A DNA stretch of 64,000 bases from a virus: positions 64,001 to 128,000 of the IMG/VR virus record IMGVR_UViG_3300042922_000265; one strand, written 5' to 3'. The position numbers were made by a program, and so were the translations under genes. This document shows positions 9,840 to 18,437 of the stretch, one piece after another (positions within the stretch are counted from its first letter, which is position 1; every line of letters begins with the position of its first letter). The notes under the pieces are model-generated. The model worked only from the letters and a program-made list of their open reading frames with translations, was not told the DNA's origin and made no database searches.

Positions 9840-10822
9840 TAGCGGGCGTCACCGCCCACGTAGTTGCCGATACCGACGGCAAAGCTGGCCGGGTAGAACC
9901 GAAACGCGCGGGTCTGCTGGGCGTACAGGCCGGGGATGAAAATGCCGCCCTTCATGCCACCGCCATAGATGCCGCCCGAGACCAGCAGCGCGCCGCGTCC
10001 CAGGGACAGCAGGCCGCGCTTGGCCATGGTGATGGCCTTCTCGAACTGCGGCTCTTCCTTATCCAGCTGCTCGTTCCAGCGCTGCTGGTAGTCGCGCCGG
10101 TCGGTGATGTTGGTCTGCACGTTCTGCAGGTTGGGCTGCTCGATATAACTCAGCGCCAGGTGGCGCATGCACTCCAGCTTGGTGCCCCAGACGATGATCT
10201 GGGTGAGATTGCGGGGCAGTTTCTTCTCGTCCGGGGTCACGCCGTAGGCGGTCACCGGGAAGCCGGTCATGTTGAACTTCATCGTGGCCTGTTGGGCCAG
10301 GAAAGCGATCCGCTCGTAGCTGAAGTGGGTCTGGTAGTTCTCCTGCAGCCACGGGCCACCGGCGGTCGAATCGAACAGGTCCCCGAAGAACCACGACACC
10401 TGCTCGACGATGCGCTTGCCCTCCGGGCGCAGGCGCTCGTACTCCGGCATCTGCTCCAGGATCTGCATGTTGTCCAGGTACTTGAACTCCGACCCGCTGG
10501 CGGTGTAGGTCCATTCAGCGGTCATCAGGCCGACCTTGCGGGTCCACTCCGGGCCGATGTCGTAGTGGTACATTCCGACGTCGTCACGCACGATGGAGGT
10601 CTCGTCCACGGTGACCATGAGGACCCCGCGCGGGTCGGTGTTCAGCCCGCTCAGGTCGTCGAAGAACACGCTCAGGGTCAAGCTGCCGGAGTCAACGTCC
10701 AGGGGCTCACCGTCAGCTCCGAAGACGCCCAGGGCCATGTAGCCACGGCTGTTCTGGGCGACGAACTTGCGAGCCACAGAATGGTCCCGCAGCTTGGGAG
10801 AGAAACCAGCGGGGATGGTCAT
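9839..10822 (-). CDS. Head-to-tail adaptor
   Basis: 327 aa, Ig-like N-terminus plus helical C-terminus, neck region. Confidence 0.5.
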   Translation of the reverse strand: MTIPAGFSPKLRDHSVARKFVAQNSRGYMALGVFGADGEPLDVDSGSLTLSVFFDDLSGLNTDPRGVLMVTVDETSIVRDDVGMYHYDIGPEWTRKVGLMTAEWTYTASGSEFKYLDNMQILEQMPEYERLRPEGKRIVEQVSWFFGDLFDSTAGGPWLQENYQTHFSYERIAFLAQQATMKFNMTGFPVTAYGVTPDEKKLPRNLTQIIVWGTKLECMRHLALSYIEQPNLQNVQTNITDRRDYQQRWNEQLDKEEPQFEKAITMAKRGLLSLGRGALLVSGGIYGGGMKGGIFIPGLYAQQTRAFRFYPASFAVGIGNYVGGDAR

Positions 10823-12465
10823 CAGTACGGCCTGACGTAGGTCAAGTCAAACCGGCTGTTGACCCGGCTGTTCTGGTCAAAGAAGCTGAAGATCTTGTCG
10901 ATGATGTTGTTCGGGGCGGTGTAGCGGGCCTTGAGGGTAACCACGTCGCCTTCAGCCAGCCGGATCAGACCGGACAGACTCAGGGTCTGGCTGAAGCCGG
11001 GGGTGAAGCCACTGCCACGGATGAACTTACTGTCGCGGATGGTGGTCTCCAGGCCGTTCACCAGGACCACAAGGTGGGCCTGGTCGGGGGCGAACTGAGG
11101 GTCCCACTGCAGCGCCGGTTCGATCCGGTACAGCCCAGGCTCCTTGACCACAACGTCGGTCAGAGAGGCCGCCTTGTTGAAGAACCCGAAGTCGTCCTCC
11201 AGTTCCTCGGTGAACTCGATCATGGTGCCGGAACCGAAGAGCTTCTGAGCCTTGCTCTGGCGCAGGCGCACGGTAGGGATCGCGTGGATCGGCAGGATGA
11301 TCCACCGGTTGGTGCTGGTGTAGTACCGAAGGTCCTGCATGCGCGCCCAGTCGATCTGGCTCGGCGTGGTCTGGCCAAAGAAGCGCTCGCCGACGCGCAT
11401 GCCGATCATGTAGCCACGGTTGTTCTCGCCCTTGGCCGTGACGTTGTCATTGTCGCGGACGGTGAACAGCAGGCGGCCAGCGCGATAGATCTGGATCTCC
11501 CGGTCGACGACCTGCGCGCGCCATTCGGTATTGGCGATGTAGAGATCGGTGTCGATGTTGCTGGTTGATCCCAGCGTCTTCTCGTTGGCCCGACCGCTGG
11601 TGGTGTAGCGCACCCGCGCGCCGTCGTTGCCGATCATGACGCGGATGTAGGACTGCTCGTCTTCGGACACCCGAAAGTAGAAGTCGTTGGACGCGGGCTG
11701 GGTGAGCGGCAGCGTCTCCTCGATCATGGTGCCGCCGGTTCGCCAGGTCCACACCTGGTCATCAGTCAGGGTGGTGGAATTTTCACCGGTCCAGCGTGCC
11801 CAGCTGGAGTTGTTCCAGCCGCTGTTGTCCAGCCAGGTCAGGAAGCCGTTCGGGGTGGCCATGATGCCGTGGTCATCGTCATCGGTGGCATAGCCCTGGA
11901 CCCAGCCGTCACCGCCGATCTTGAGCACGCTGGCGATGTTGAAGTCGAACAGCTGGTTGACTCCGGCCACCACCAGGTCGTTCTGCAGCTGTCCCCACTG
12001 CCGCCAGCAGCGCGTGTCGGTCTCGTAGATGGTCATACCCATGTGCGGCATGCCGGGCCGGGTGATGCTGGTGCAGATCTTGTACGGGACGTTGAGGATC
12101 TTGTCGCCGTTGTAGTCGTGGAAGTGATCGGCAGCCGCCGCCTTGAGCGGGTTGGTGCCGGTCGGGTCGATCGTGTGGTGGATCGACGTCACAGCCTGAT
12201 CGGTGTCAGGCTCCTCGTGGGTGTTGGCCTGCTTGAGCTTGGAGCCCTTGCGGATGTGTTCAGGGTCACCTGAGTGATCGTGGTCGCGGTAGGAGGTCCC
12301 GCGCTGCAGCAGCTCGACAGCGTCGCCCAGGTCCTGGGCCAGCTCGGGGAGGTTGCGATTGGCACCCGGACCGGCCTGGGCCAGCGGGGTGTCCTCCGGC
12401 AGTGTGGTGACGAAGAACTCGTCGAACGCCGGAGTCTCCGGGGTGCCCGGATAGACGATCGTCAC
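10822..12465 (-). CDS. Minor structural / fibre protein
   Basis: 547 aa, beta-rich. C-terminal C1q/TNF-like segment (PGLYRI...LAEGDVV). Confidence 0.55.
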   Translation of the reverse strand: MTIVYPGTPETPAFDEFFVTTLPEDTPLAQAGPGANRNLPELAQDLGDAVELLQRGTSYRDHDHSGDPEHIRKGSKLKQANTHEEPDTDQAVTSIHHTIDPTGTNPLKAAAADHFHDYNGDKILNVPYKICTSITRPGMPHMGMTIYETDTRCWRQWGQLQNDLVVAGVNQLFDFNIASVLKIGGDGWVQGYATDDDDHGIMATPNGFLTWLDNSGWNNSSWARWTGENSTTLTDDQVWTWRTGGTMIEETLPLTQPASNDFYFRVSEDEQSYIRVMIGNDGARVRYTTSGRANEKTLGSTSNIDTDLYIANTEWRAQVVDREIQIYRAGRLLFTVRDNDNVTAKGENNRGYMIGMRVGERFFGQTTPSQIDWARMQDLRYYTSTNRWIILPIHAIPTVRLRQSKAQKLFGSGTMIEFTEELEDDFGFFNKAASLTDVVVKEPGLYRIEPALQWDPQFAPDQAHLVVLVNGLETTIRDSKFIRGSGFTPGFSQTLSLSGLIRLAEGDVVTLKARYTAPNNIIDKIFSFFDQNSRVNSRFDLTYVRPY

Positions 12466-12548
12466 CTGGATCTCCTACTCAGCAGGGTGGGTACAGCGAC
12501 GGGGACCCGGTGTGGTCGTGAGATGCACACCGGGTCGCCTCGTCGTGC

Positions 12549-12821
12549 TTAAAGGACGCCCTCGTCCAGGTCGGGCCGCTTGCGAATCGACGTCGAATCG
12601 AACTCGTTGCGGTAGTAGTCCCGATGGGCGAACGTCTCGGGACGCGGGTTACGCGGCGTTTCCACACCGGTCTCGCGCGCCCTCTGCAGGGAGTTGTTCT
12701 CGGCCACAACAGCAGCCGCCGACGGCTGTGCCACGGCGGTGAGAATGGTCTCTCCCTGTCCGGGGTTACGGTCAAACTGGCGCGTCTGGTGCGTCAGCTT
12801 GGGCCGGTCGTACAGCGACAT
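12549..12821 (-). CDS. Hypothetical protein
   Basis: 90-aa ORF with GAGGAGG RBS. Confidence 0.6.
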   Translation of the reverse strand: MSLYDRPKLTHQTRQFDRNPGQGETILTAVAQPSAAAVVAENNSLQRARETGVETPRNPRPETFAHRDYYRNEFDSTSIRKRPDLDEGVL

Positions 12822-12833
12822 GCTGCCCTCCTC

Positions 12834-13448
12834 TTACTTGTCGAGTCCCCGTTGCGGGGTCCCGATATTGACCAGCTGGTGTGTCCAGCTGCCGTCAGCC
12901 TGGGGAGTCGACACCACGCGATGTGACTCGGATTGGAACTCCGGTGCCAGCGGCGGCACGCCCTGATCGATGTCGGCCTGGGTCTGGAAGACCGGCTGCC
13001 CGCTGATCAGGCACAGACGCTGCTTGGCCTGGCCGAAGGTGCGGCTGGTGGGGTCGTTGTCGACATCCACCGAGATGCTGCGGTCACCTGCTGGGGTCTC
13101 CAGGGTGGGCTCGACCTCATGCCACTGCCCCTTCTCGTCCTGGTACTGGACCGGCTTGATGGTCTGCTCGACCTGCCCGCTCATCAGCAGGGTGATCTCG
13201 TCTTCCATCGCCTCGTCGTCGGAGATGGTCACCGACTTCTTCATCCAGAGACGCTGGAATCCGGGCTGGTTGAGGCACTCCTTGGGGACGATGCGGATCG
13301 AATCGTCATACCCGGCGGGCTCCAGCTCAAAGCTGACGGTGTCGGTGTTGCAGGTGATCTTGTGCGGGGTGTTGTTCTTGGCGAACAGAGTCCCCGTGGA
13401 CTCGCGCAATTGACGCAGGGACTTCCGCTGCGTGGTTGGAGTGGTCAC
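12834..13448 (-). CDS. Hypothetical virion protein
   Basis: Probable GTG start at 13448 after AAGGAG. Late-promoter motif upstream. Confidence 0.6.
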   Translation of the reverse strand: MTTPTTQRKSLRQLRESTGTLFAKNNTPHKITCNTDTVSFELEPAGYDDSIRIVPKECLNQPGFQRLWMKKSVTISDDEAMEDEITLLMSGQVEQTIKPVQYQDEKGQWHEVEPTLETPAGDRSISVDVDNDPTSRTFGQAKQRLCLISGQPVFQTQADIDQGVPPLAPEFQSESHRVVSTPQADGSWTHQLVNIGTPQRGLDK

Positions 13449-13488
13449 TCCAGTCTCCTTCACTTGTAGGAGAGGGCGGGGAAGCCCT

Positions 13489-13523
13489 CACCTCTTCAGG
13501 GGACTAGAGCGAGCGATCACAGG
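13489..13523 (-). promoter_or_regulatory. Putative late promoter
   Basis: CCTGT-N22-AAGAGGTG. Confidence 0.65.
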
Positions 13524-14161
13524 TCGACAGCCGAGAGCGACTTGATACCGGGGGACGCGAAGTGACCATTGGAGTACAGGCGGCGGAAGCACCCGGCAGG
13601 ACGATGTCCGGGGATGTCCATGATGTGCGTGCTGTCGACCCAGTTAGCTCCGAGCAGCGTCGCGTTTCGGTATACGTTCCAGGTGACGACGCCCGCGTTG
13701 ATCGTAGGAATCAGCTTGATGATGTCGGAACTGCTGGTAGAGAAGCTGCCCGAGGTGGTTCCCACAATGGTGACCACGCCCGCATTCCAGGTGTGGATAC
13801 GACAGTTGTGGGTGTTGCCAGAGATGATGACGAACACACCCTTGGTCATATCGGAATTGAACACACCTGGCCCGATACCTCGGTCGGTGGTGGAAAGGGC
13901 GGCGTTGCCAGCGGTGACCTCGAAAACATCGGTGTTCAGAACATCCGACAGGACGTAGGCCGAATACTTCTGACCGTCAGAGATGGTGGAGTTGGACTCC
14001 CGCAGGATGCCGCTGATGATGGTGTGTCCGGTCGCGGCGGCACCGGTAGTCATGGCCAGGTTGTTGCCCGGCGGCAGCGCGGTGAATGGGTTGCCGTAGG
14101 CGATGTTCGCTTTCACCACGGTAGTAGGCCGAGTGAGAATGGCGTTCCGGGCGGCGAACAT
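13517..14161 (-). CDS. Minor structural protein (beta-sandwich / lectin-like)
   Basis: Start reassigned to ATG 14161 (MFAARNAIL), TAATG-coupled to the upstream stop. Confidence 0.55.
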   Translation of the reverse strand: MFAARNAILTRPTTVVKANIAYGNPFTALPPGNNLAMTTGAAATGHTIISGILRESNSTISDGQKYSAYVLSDVLNTDVFEVTAGNAALSTTDRGIGPGVFNSDMTKGVFVIISGNTHNCRIHTWNAGVVTIVGTTSGSFSTSSSDIIKLIPTINAGVVTWNVYRNATLLGANWVDSTHIMDIPGHRPAGCFRRLYSNGHFASPGIKSLSAVDL

Positions 14162-14991
14162 TATGGCGTGTAATTCTGGACGATGGACCCATACCAGCTG
14201 GTGCCGTCGCAGAAGAAGCTCGCGAGGTCCAGGCGGGACGCTGTGGTGGTCAGGGTCGGCGCGGTGCCACCGGGCCATTTGACGCCAGTGAAAGTTCCAG
14301 TGAACGCACCCGCGCCTGTGTAAATCGGCACCACGAAGCTCTTACCTGCATTGGCGGCGGGCATGGTGAACGTACAGTTGCCGGTCATCGTGACCGGGAT
14401 AATGGTGCCGGTGGACAGATCGAACGTCTTAGCGGTACCTGAGTTGCTGATCGCCTGAGCGGTTTCGATGTAGTTGGTCACCGTCGGATTGGTGATAGCC
14501 GGAGTGGTGTTTCGTACCAGGCTGCCGCTGCCGGTAGCTGTAGCAGCAGCAATTCGAGCATCAGCGGCGGTATCGAAGTCGGAGATGGTAGAGGCGGCCT
14601 GAGTGCCCGTGTGGTTCGCGCGCGCCTTGAGATTGGCGTCGGTGTCATTGGCCGTCGCACCCGTAGCGATGCCGCCCAGCTTGGTCTTCTCGGTCTGAGA
14701 GTACTGCTTGTAGGTGGTGCCGTCTTCAATGTCATCCTGAGTCAGCGCGTCAATGGAGCCACCGACATAAGTGACGACGATGTCCTCGAAAGACTGGAAG
14801 CTCGTGCGCACCGACCTCTGGGAGGGAGCCGTTTCGGTTGCCGTCGGGTCAGTGAGCCATTCGTCGGACATGGCGGCATCGGAGACCTTGGCGTCAGCAT
14901 AAGTCTCGGCAGCATCCAGCGCGGCCTGAAGGCCATCGATCGAACCGATGCCCAGACCGGAGAGATCACTCGCCTGGTGCCTGGCTGTCAT
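14161..14991 (-). CDS. Fibre-like minor structural protein
   Basis: Thr/Ala-rich. EKTKLGGIA and VKWPGGTAPTLT fibre motifs. Confidence 0.6.
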   Translation of the reverse strand: MTARHQASDLSGLGIGSIDGLQAALDAAETYADAKVSDAAMSDEWLTDPTATETAPSQRSVRTSFQSFEDIVVTYVGGSIDALTQDDIEDGTTYKQYSQTEKTKLGGIATGATANDTDANLKARANHTGTQAASTISDFDTAADARIAAATATGSGSLVRNTTPAITNPTVTNYIETAQAISNSGTAKTFDLSTGTIIPVTMTGNCTFTMPAANAGKSFVVPIYTGAGAFTGTFTGVKWPGGTAPTLTTTASRLDLASFFCDGTSWYGSIVQNYTP

Positions 14992-14994
14992 CGG

Positions 14995-15900
14995 TTACTT
15001 CTTCGCCACGACCGCGTGATACTGCGCCGAGGACCAGACCTCGTCGGGCTCGACGGTGACGCTGTTGATGGTGGCGTGGGTGACAGCGACGTCGATCTCG
15101 TCGTACGGGCTGGCGTTGCGGAAGACCACCACGTCCACGGCCTTGGTGCCGAAGTTGTGAGTCAAGGTGAAGGTGGTTGCCGACCCGTCGCCCAGGTCGG
15201 CCTCGAACGGTGCGTCGGCTCCGGCGGCCACGCCAACGTGCGCAAGAGTCAGCACCGAGGTGCCCAGAGTGAAGGAGGTGTCGTTGGTCATCAGGGCGAA
15301 GCTGTCGGCGTTGGTGCCCTCACGGACCACCCAGTAGCTGCCCAGAACAGCCTCGTCTGTGGTGTCCCAGTTGGCCGCGCGTGTCATGGCGGTGGCCGCG
15401 CCATTCCAGATGTAGGGACCGTTCTGCGTGCCAGTGGACTGGCCGTACAGCAGGACGATGTCTCCGTTGGTCATGGTGACGCCGTCCAGGGTGGCACCAG
15501 GGGTGGCAATGTTGACGTTGGAGCTGACCGAGACCCGAACCGGTCCCTTGGGTGTCTGACCGGAGACCAGACCGGAAAGCTGAGCGTCCACGTACGCCTT
15601 GGTGGCGGCGTCCTGGGCAGCACTGGGGTCTGCCAGGCCGGTACCGCGCTGGGCGTTGAAGGCCACCGGGTTGGTCGGTGCAGCCATCTGGTCCAGGCGG
15701 TTGGTGCGCACCTGGGTGTCGAAGTTGCTGATCGTGGATGCCAGCTGTGTACCGGTGTGATTGGTACGGCTGATCGCGTTGGTGTACGCGGTATCGACGT
15801 CTGTCTTGCGGGCAGCGTCGTTGGGGTTGCTGGGGGCTCCAAGGTTGATGATCTTCTTGGAGTTCATGTCCTTGTTGGACGCGGCCAAACGGGCAGTCAT
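14995..15900 (-). CDS. Fibre / head-decoration-like protein
   Basis: DAATKAYVD neck motifs, QNGPYIW segment, THNFGT C-terminal domain. Confidence 0.6.
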   Translation of the reverse strand: MTARLAASNKDMNSKKIINLGAPSNPNDAARKTDVDTAYTNAISRTNHTGTQLASTISNFDTQVRTNRLDQMAAPTNPVAFNAQRGTGLADPSAAQDAATKAYVDAQLSGLVSGQTPKGPVRVSVSSNVNIATPGATLDGVTMTNGDIVLLYGQSTGTQNGPYIWNGAATAMTRAANWDTTDEAVLGSYWVVREGTNADSFALMTNDTSFTLGTSVLTLAHVGVAAGADAPFEADLGDGSATTFTLTHNFGTKAVDVVVFRNASPYDEIDVAVTHATINSVTVEPDEVWSSAQYHAVVAKK

Positions 15901-15909
15901 TGTCTCTCC

Positions 15910-16413
15910 TCAGAACACCGTGGCGATGAAGGTGATGGGGTCGTCGGTGGAGATGCGGCAAATATCATTGCTCAGCATCTCGACGTGGAAATCGGTGTAT
16001 TCGGTCTGGCCGTCCAGAGAGAACAGCGCAACGGCCACCGGACCAGAGCGGGCGTGCTTGTGCTCGATGGTGGTGACGGTCTGGGGGGTGTTCTGCACAT
16101 GGACGTGCGGGGTCGCGGTGCCACCACTGCCTGGCTGAGGCAGGGTCTGAATCGGATAGGCGAAATCAGGATCGGCGGCCACAATGACGTCGCCGCGCTC
16201 CCAGACGCGCTCGAACCCGGAGGACTTGGCCACGGTCCAGGGCAGAGGCTGTTCATCGCCCACGTTGCCCTTGGCGGCCAGCAACCAGCGGATGCGGCCC
16301 ATGTTGAAGGTGATGGGCTGGCGCGTCAGGTTGCGTGCAAAGAGATCGGGGCGCGGCGCATAGCCGAACGGGTCAAGCTCGACCTCGTCCAGGCTCACGA
16401 AATTTGTCGACAT
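15910..16413 (-). CDS. Hypothetical structural protein
   Basis: 167-aa ORF with GGAGG RBS and late-promoter motif. Confidence 0.6.
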   Translation of the reverse strand: MSTNFVSLDEVELDPFGYAPRPDLFARNLTRQPITFNMGRIRWLLAAKGNVGDEQPLPWTVAKSSGFERVWERGDVIVAADPDFAYPIQTLPQPGSGGTATPHVHVQNTPQTVTTIEHKHARSGPVAVALFSLDGQTEYTDFHVEMLSNDICRISTDDPITFIATVF

Positions 16414-16429
16414 ACGACAACACCCTCCT

Positions 16430-16465
16430 CACCTATTGAGGTGAGAAGGGTGGTCGGCAGCAGGG
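16430..16465 (-). promoter_or_regulatory. Putative late promoter
   Basis: CCCTGC-N22-AATAGGTG. Confidence 0.65.
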
Positions 16466-16477
16466 TCGGTTACAAGG

Positions 16478-16717
16478 CTATGCAACAGCCTTCTGCATGC
16501 GGGGCCACATCGTGGTGACCGGACGCTTGATGTGCAACTTGCGCACACTCACCACCACCGGGTCCACCAGGGTGATGCAGCGACCATCGACAGCGGTCAG
16601 ACCTGGCTGGGCGATGAACTCGCGCACGTCGTCCTCGGTGTTGCTGGACGGCACGGTGACGAGAACACGCTGCTCATGATCCTCGCGGTCGGCGAGTACA
16701 ACCATGTAGGTATCCAT
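16478..16717 (-). CDS. Hypothetical protein
   Basis: ATG 16717 (MDTYMVV) after GAGGAGG. Upstream SigA-like TTGCCA-N17-CACAAT. Confidence 0.6.
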   Translation of the reverse strand: MDTYMVVLADREDHEQRVLVTVPSSNTEDDVREFIAQPGLTAVDGRCITLVDPVVVSVRKLHIKRPVTTMWPRMQKAVA

Positions 16718-16792
16718 GTCGACCTCCTCTTGTCGGTTTCTATACCACCATTGTGGGGTTTCTACACCCTTTTGGCAAGGAGAAGTGACGTG

Positions 16793-16837
16793 AACAGCAA
16801 AGGACCCCCGGCCAACGAAAGGAAAACCGGGGGTCCT
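16793..16837 (-). terminator. Intrinsic terminator
   Basis: AGGACCCCCGG/CCGGGGGTCCT 11-bp stem followed by TTGCTGTT on the minus strand. Confidence 0.65.
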
Positions 16838-16941
16838 AGCGCTTCGCTGATGCACCTCAGCTTAGCAGTTTGGGGCATTTGAGGCCCCGCTTCCCACCCA
16901 CGGGAAGGGTCTTTATCTTATCAGGCGCAAAGACCTGACGA

Positions 16942-17145
16942 CTAGCTGGAGGCGAAGGTCACAGGGTTGTCCCAGGCCGGGACAATCGTGCGCTTCTCCA
17001 GCACACCGGGAGCCACCTCGACCGAAATGGTCTGGGGGTTCGGGGTGATGCCGTCAGGCTGCTTGCGCCAGTACTCGCGCGGCATCATCTGCGACGTCGG
17101 GTACTCCGGGACATCCCCGTACTCCTTGGGGATCACCATCGTCAT
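16942..17145 (-). CDS. Hypothetical protein
   Basis: 67 aa with AAGGAG RBS. Confidence 0.6.
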   Translation of the reverse strand: MTMVIPKEYGDVPEYPTSQMMPREYWRKQPDGITPNPQTISVEVAPGVLEKRTIVPAWDNPVTFASS

Positions 17146-17148
17146 GGG

Positions 17149-17796
17149 TTACTCCTTCACCGGGCGATCCTCGGCCTCTGGAGCGTCCGAGGGGACGTCC
17201 ACGACCTGGATCGGCTCGTTGACTGGCTGCTCACCGATCGGCTCGTTGAGCGGGGGTACCTCCGGCGCGTCCTCCGCCGGAACGGAAGGGTCCTCCGGGT
17301 TGGTCGGGGTGACCGGGTCGGCCTCCACCGGGGTGCTCGGGTCGATCGGCTCAGCGACCGGGCCAGGCGCGGTCTCCGGGTCGGTCTCCGCCGGAGAACT
17401 GGTGGCCGTCTCGTAGGCGGCCTGGATCTTGGCGGCCAGGGACTCGCTCAGGGCGTTGGCCTGGGCGGCGTCCTCGGCGGCGTCGGTGTCGCGCAGGGTC
17501 TGCGCTTCATCCCGAGCAGCCTTGAGCTGGGCCTTGATGTCCTGGGACCAAGTGGTCCAGGAGGCGAGTGTCTCGTCGACAGTTGCCATGTCAACTCCTA
17601 GTTTCGTGAAGCCCCGAAGGGCCGCGATGGTGAGCCGTCCAAGTCCTAGCACCACCCACCGGGCGATGGTGTCCATGACGCCTCCTCTACTTCTTCCCCG
17701 GCCTACTCTGCCTTTCGGCAGTATCCGGGGCGCGAAGATCACGTATAGGAATACCGCACCGCCGATGAACACAAACCAATACAGGCCAGCGGTCAT
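17149..17796 (-). CDS. Membrane-anchored coiled-coil / Pro-Glu-rich protein with nested in-frame starts
   Basis: ATGs at 17796, 17676 and 17589 in frame. The last two have strong RBSs. Confidence 0.55.
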   Translation of the reverse strand: MTAGLYWFVFIGGAVFLYVIFAPRILPKGRVGRGRSRGGVMDTIARWVVLGLGRLTIAALRGFTKLGVDMATVDETLASWTTWSQDIKAQLKAARDEAQTLRDTDAAEDAAQANALSESLAAKIQAAYETATSSPAETDPETAPGPVAEPIDPSTPVEADPVTPTNPEDPSVPAEDAPEVPPLNEPIGEQPVNEPIQVVDVPSDAPEAEDRPVKE

Positions 17797-18122
17797 CAGT
17801 ACCTGGGAGTGATCTTGGTCTGCAGCCGATCGTTCTCCGGCGCTTCCTCGACGTAGTACTTGGGCGACTTGTTCTCGACCTCGCCGACGCGGCGCGGGAT
17901 GCGGTCCTCGTGGGTGAAGCCGTCCGGGCCGTCCTGGTCCGGGCCACCCAGGTTCGGGTTATCGATCCATTTCTGCTCGGTGGTCGGCACGTCCTCGCGC
18001 TTGTTGAAGGCGTTGGTGGATTCCAGGCTGTGATCACCGGGGTTGGGCAGGTCACCCTGGCCCTCGATGACACTGAGGGGCTCCGGCCATTCACCTGGCT
18101 TGACAGGCACAACCATGCTCAT
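17796..18122 (-). CDS. Hypothetical protein
   Basis: 108-aa acidic, Pro-rich ORF, coupled at both ends. Confidence 0.55.
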   Translation of the reverse strand: MSMVVPVKPGEWPEPLSVIEGQGDLPNPGDHSLESTNAFNKREDVPTTEQKWIDNPNLGGPDQDGPDGFTHEDRIPRRVGEVENKSPKYYVEEAPENDRLQTKITPRY

Positions 18123-18312
18123 GACTTGGCTTCTCCTTCTGCTGACTTCTTGCTGCGTTGTGTGCGGCGAGGCTTGCTTCCGCGTTCGCGTAGATCGACA
18201 TCAGGGCCACCCACACGATCGCCTCCTTCCACCACAGGATGGTCGGGATCGCCAGCAGCACCCAGCCGATCGCGAGGATCAAGTGCCGATTCCTCCAGGC
18301 GCTCTTCAGCAT
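18091..18312 (-). CDS. Small membrane protein overprinted on the neighbouring gene
   Basis: GAGGAGG RBS. Two hydrophobic segments (LILAIGWVLLAIPTILWW; IVWVALMSIYAN). Confidence 0.5.
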   Translation of the reverse strand: MLKSAWRNRHLILAIGWVLLAIPTILWWKEAIVWVALMSIYANAEASLAAHNAARSQQKEKPSHEHGCACQAR

Positions 18313-18436
18313 CAGCGACGGCCTCCTCGGTCGGTGGGACGGGTGGCTTGAGCACCGAGGCGTCAGAGTCAGCCGGATCGTTCGGCGGACCCGGCAGGTC
18401 CGGGCGGTTCTTGATGTAGCGCGCTTCTGCTACCAC
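18119..18436 (-). CDS. Hypothetical acidic protein
   Basis: 105-aa ORF abutting neighbours at both ends. Confidence 0.45.
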   Translation of the reverse strand: MVAEARYIKNRPDLPGPPNDPADSDASVLKPPVPPTEEAVADAEERLEESALDPRDRLGAAGDPDHPVVEGGDRVGGPDVDLRERGSKPRRTQRSKKSAEGEAKS

Positions 18437-18437
18437 G

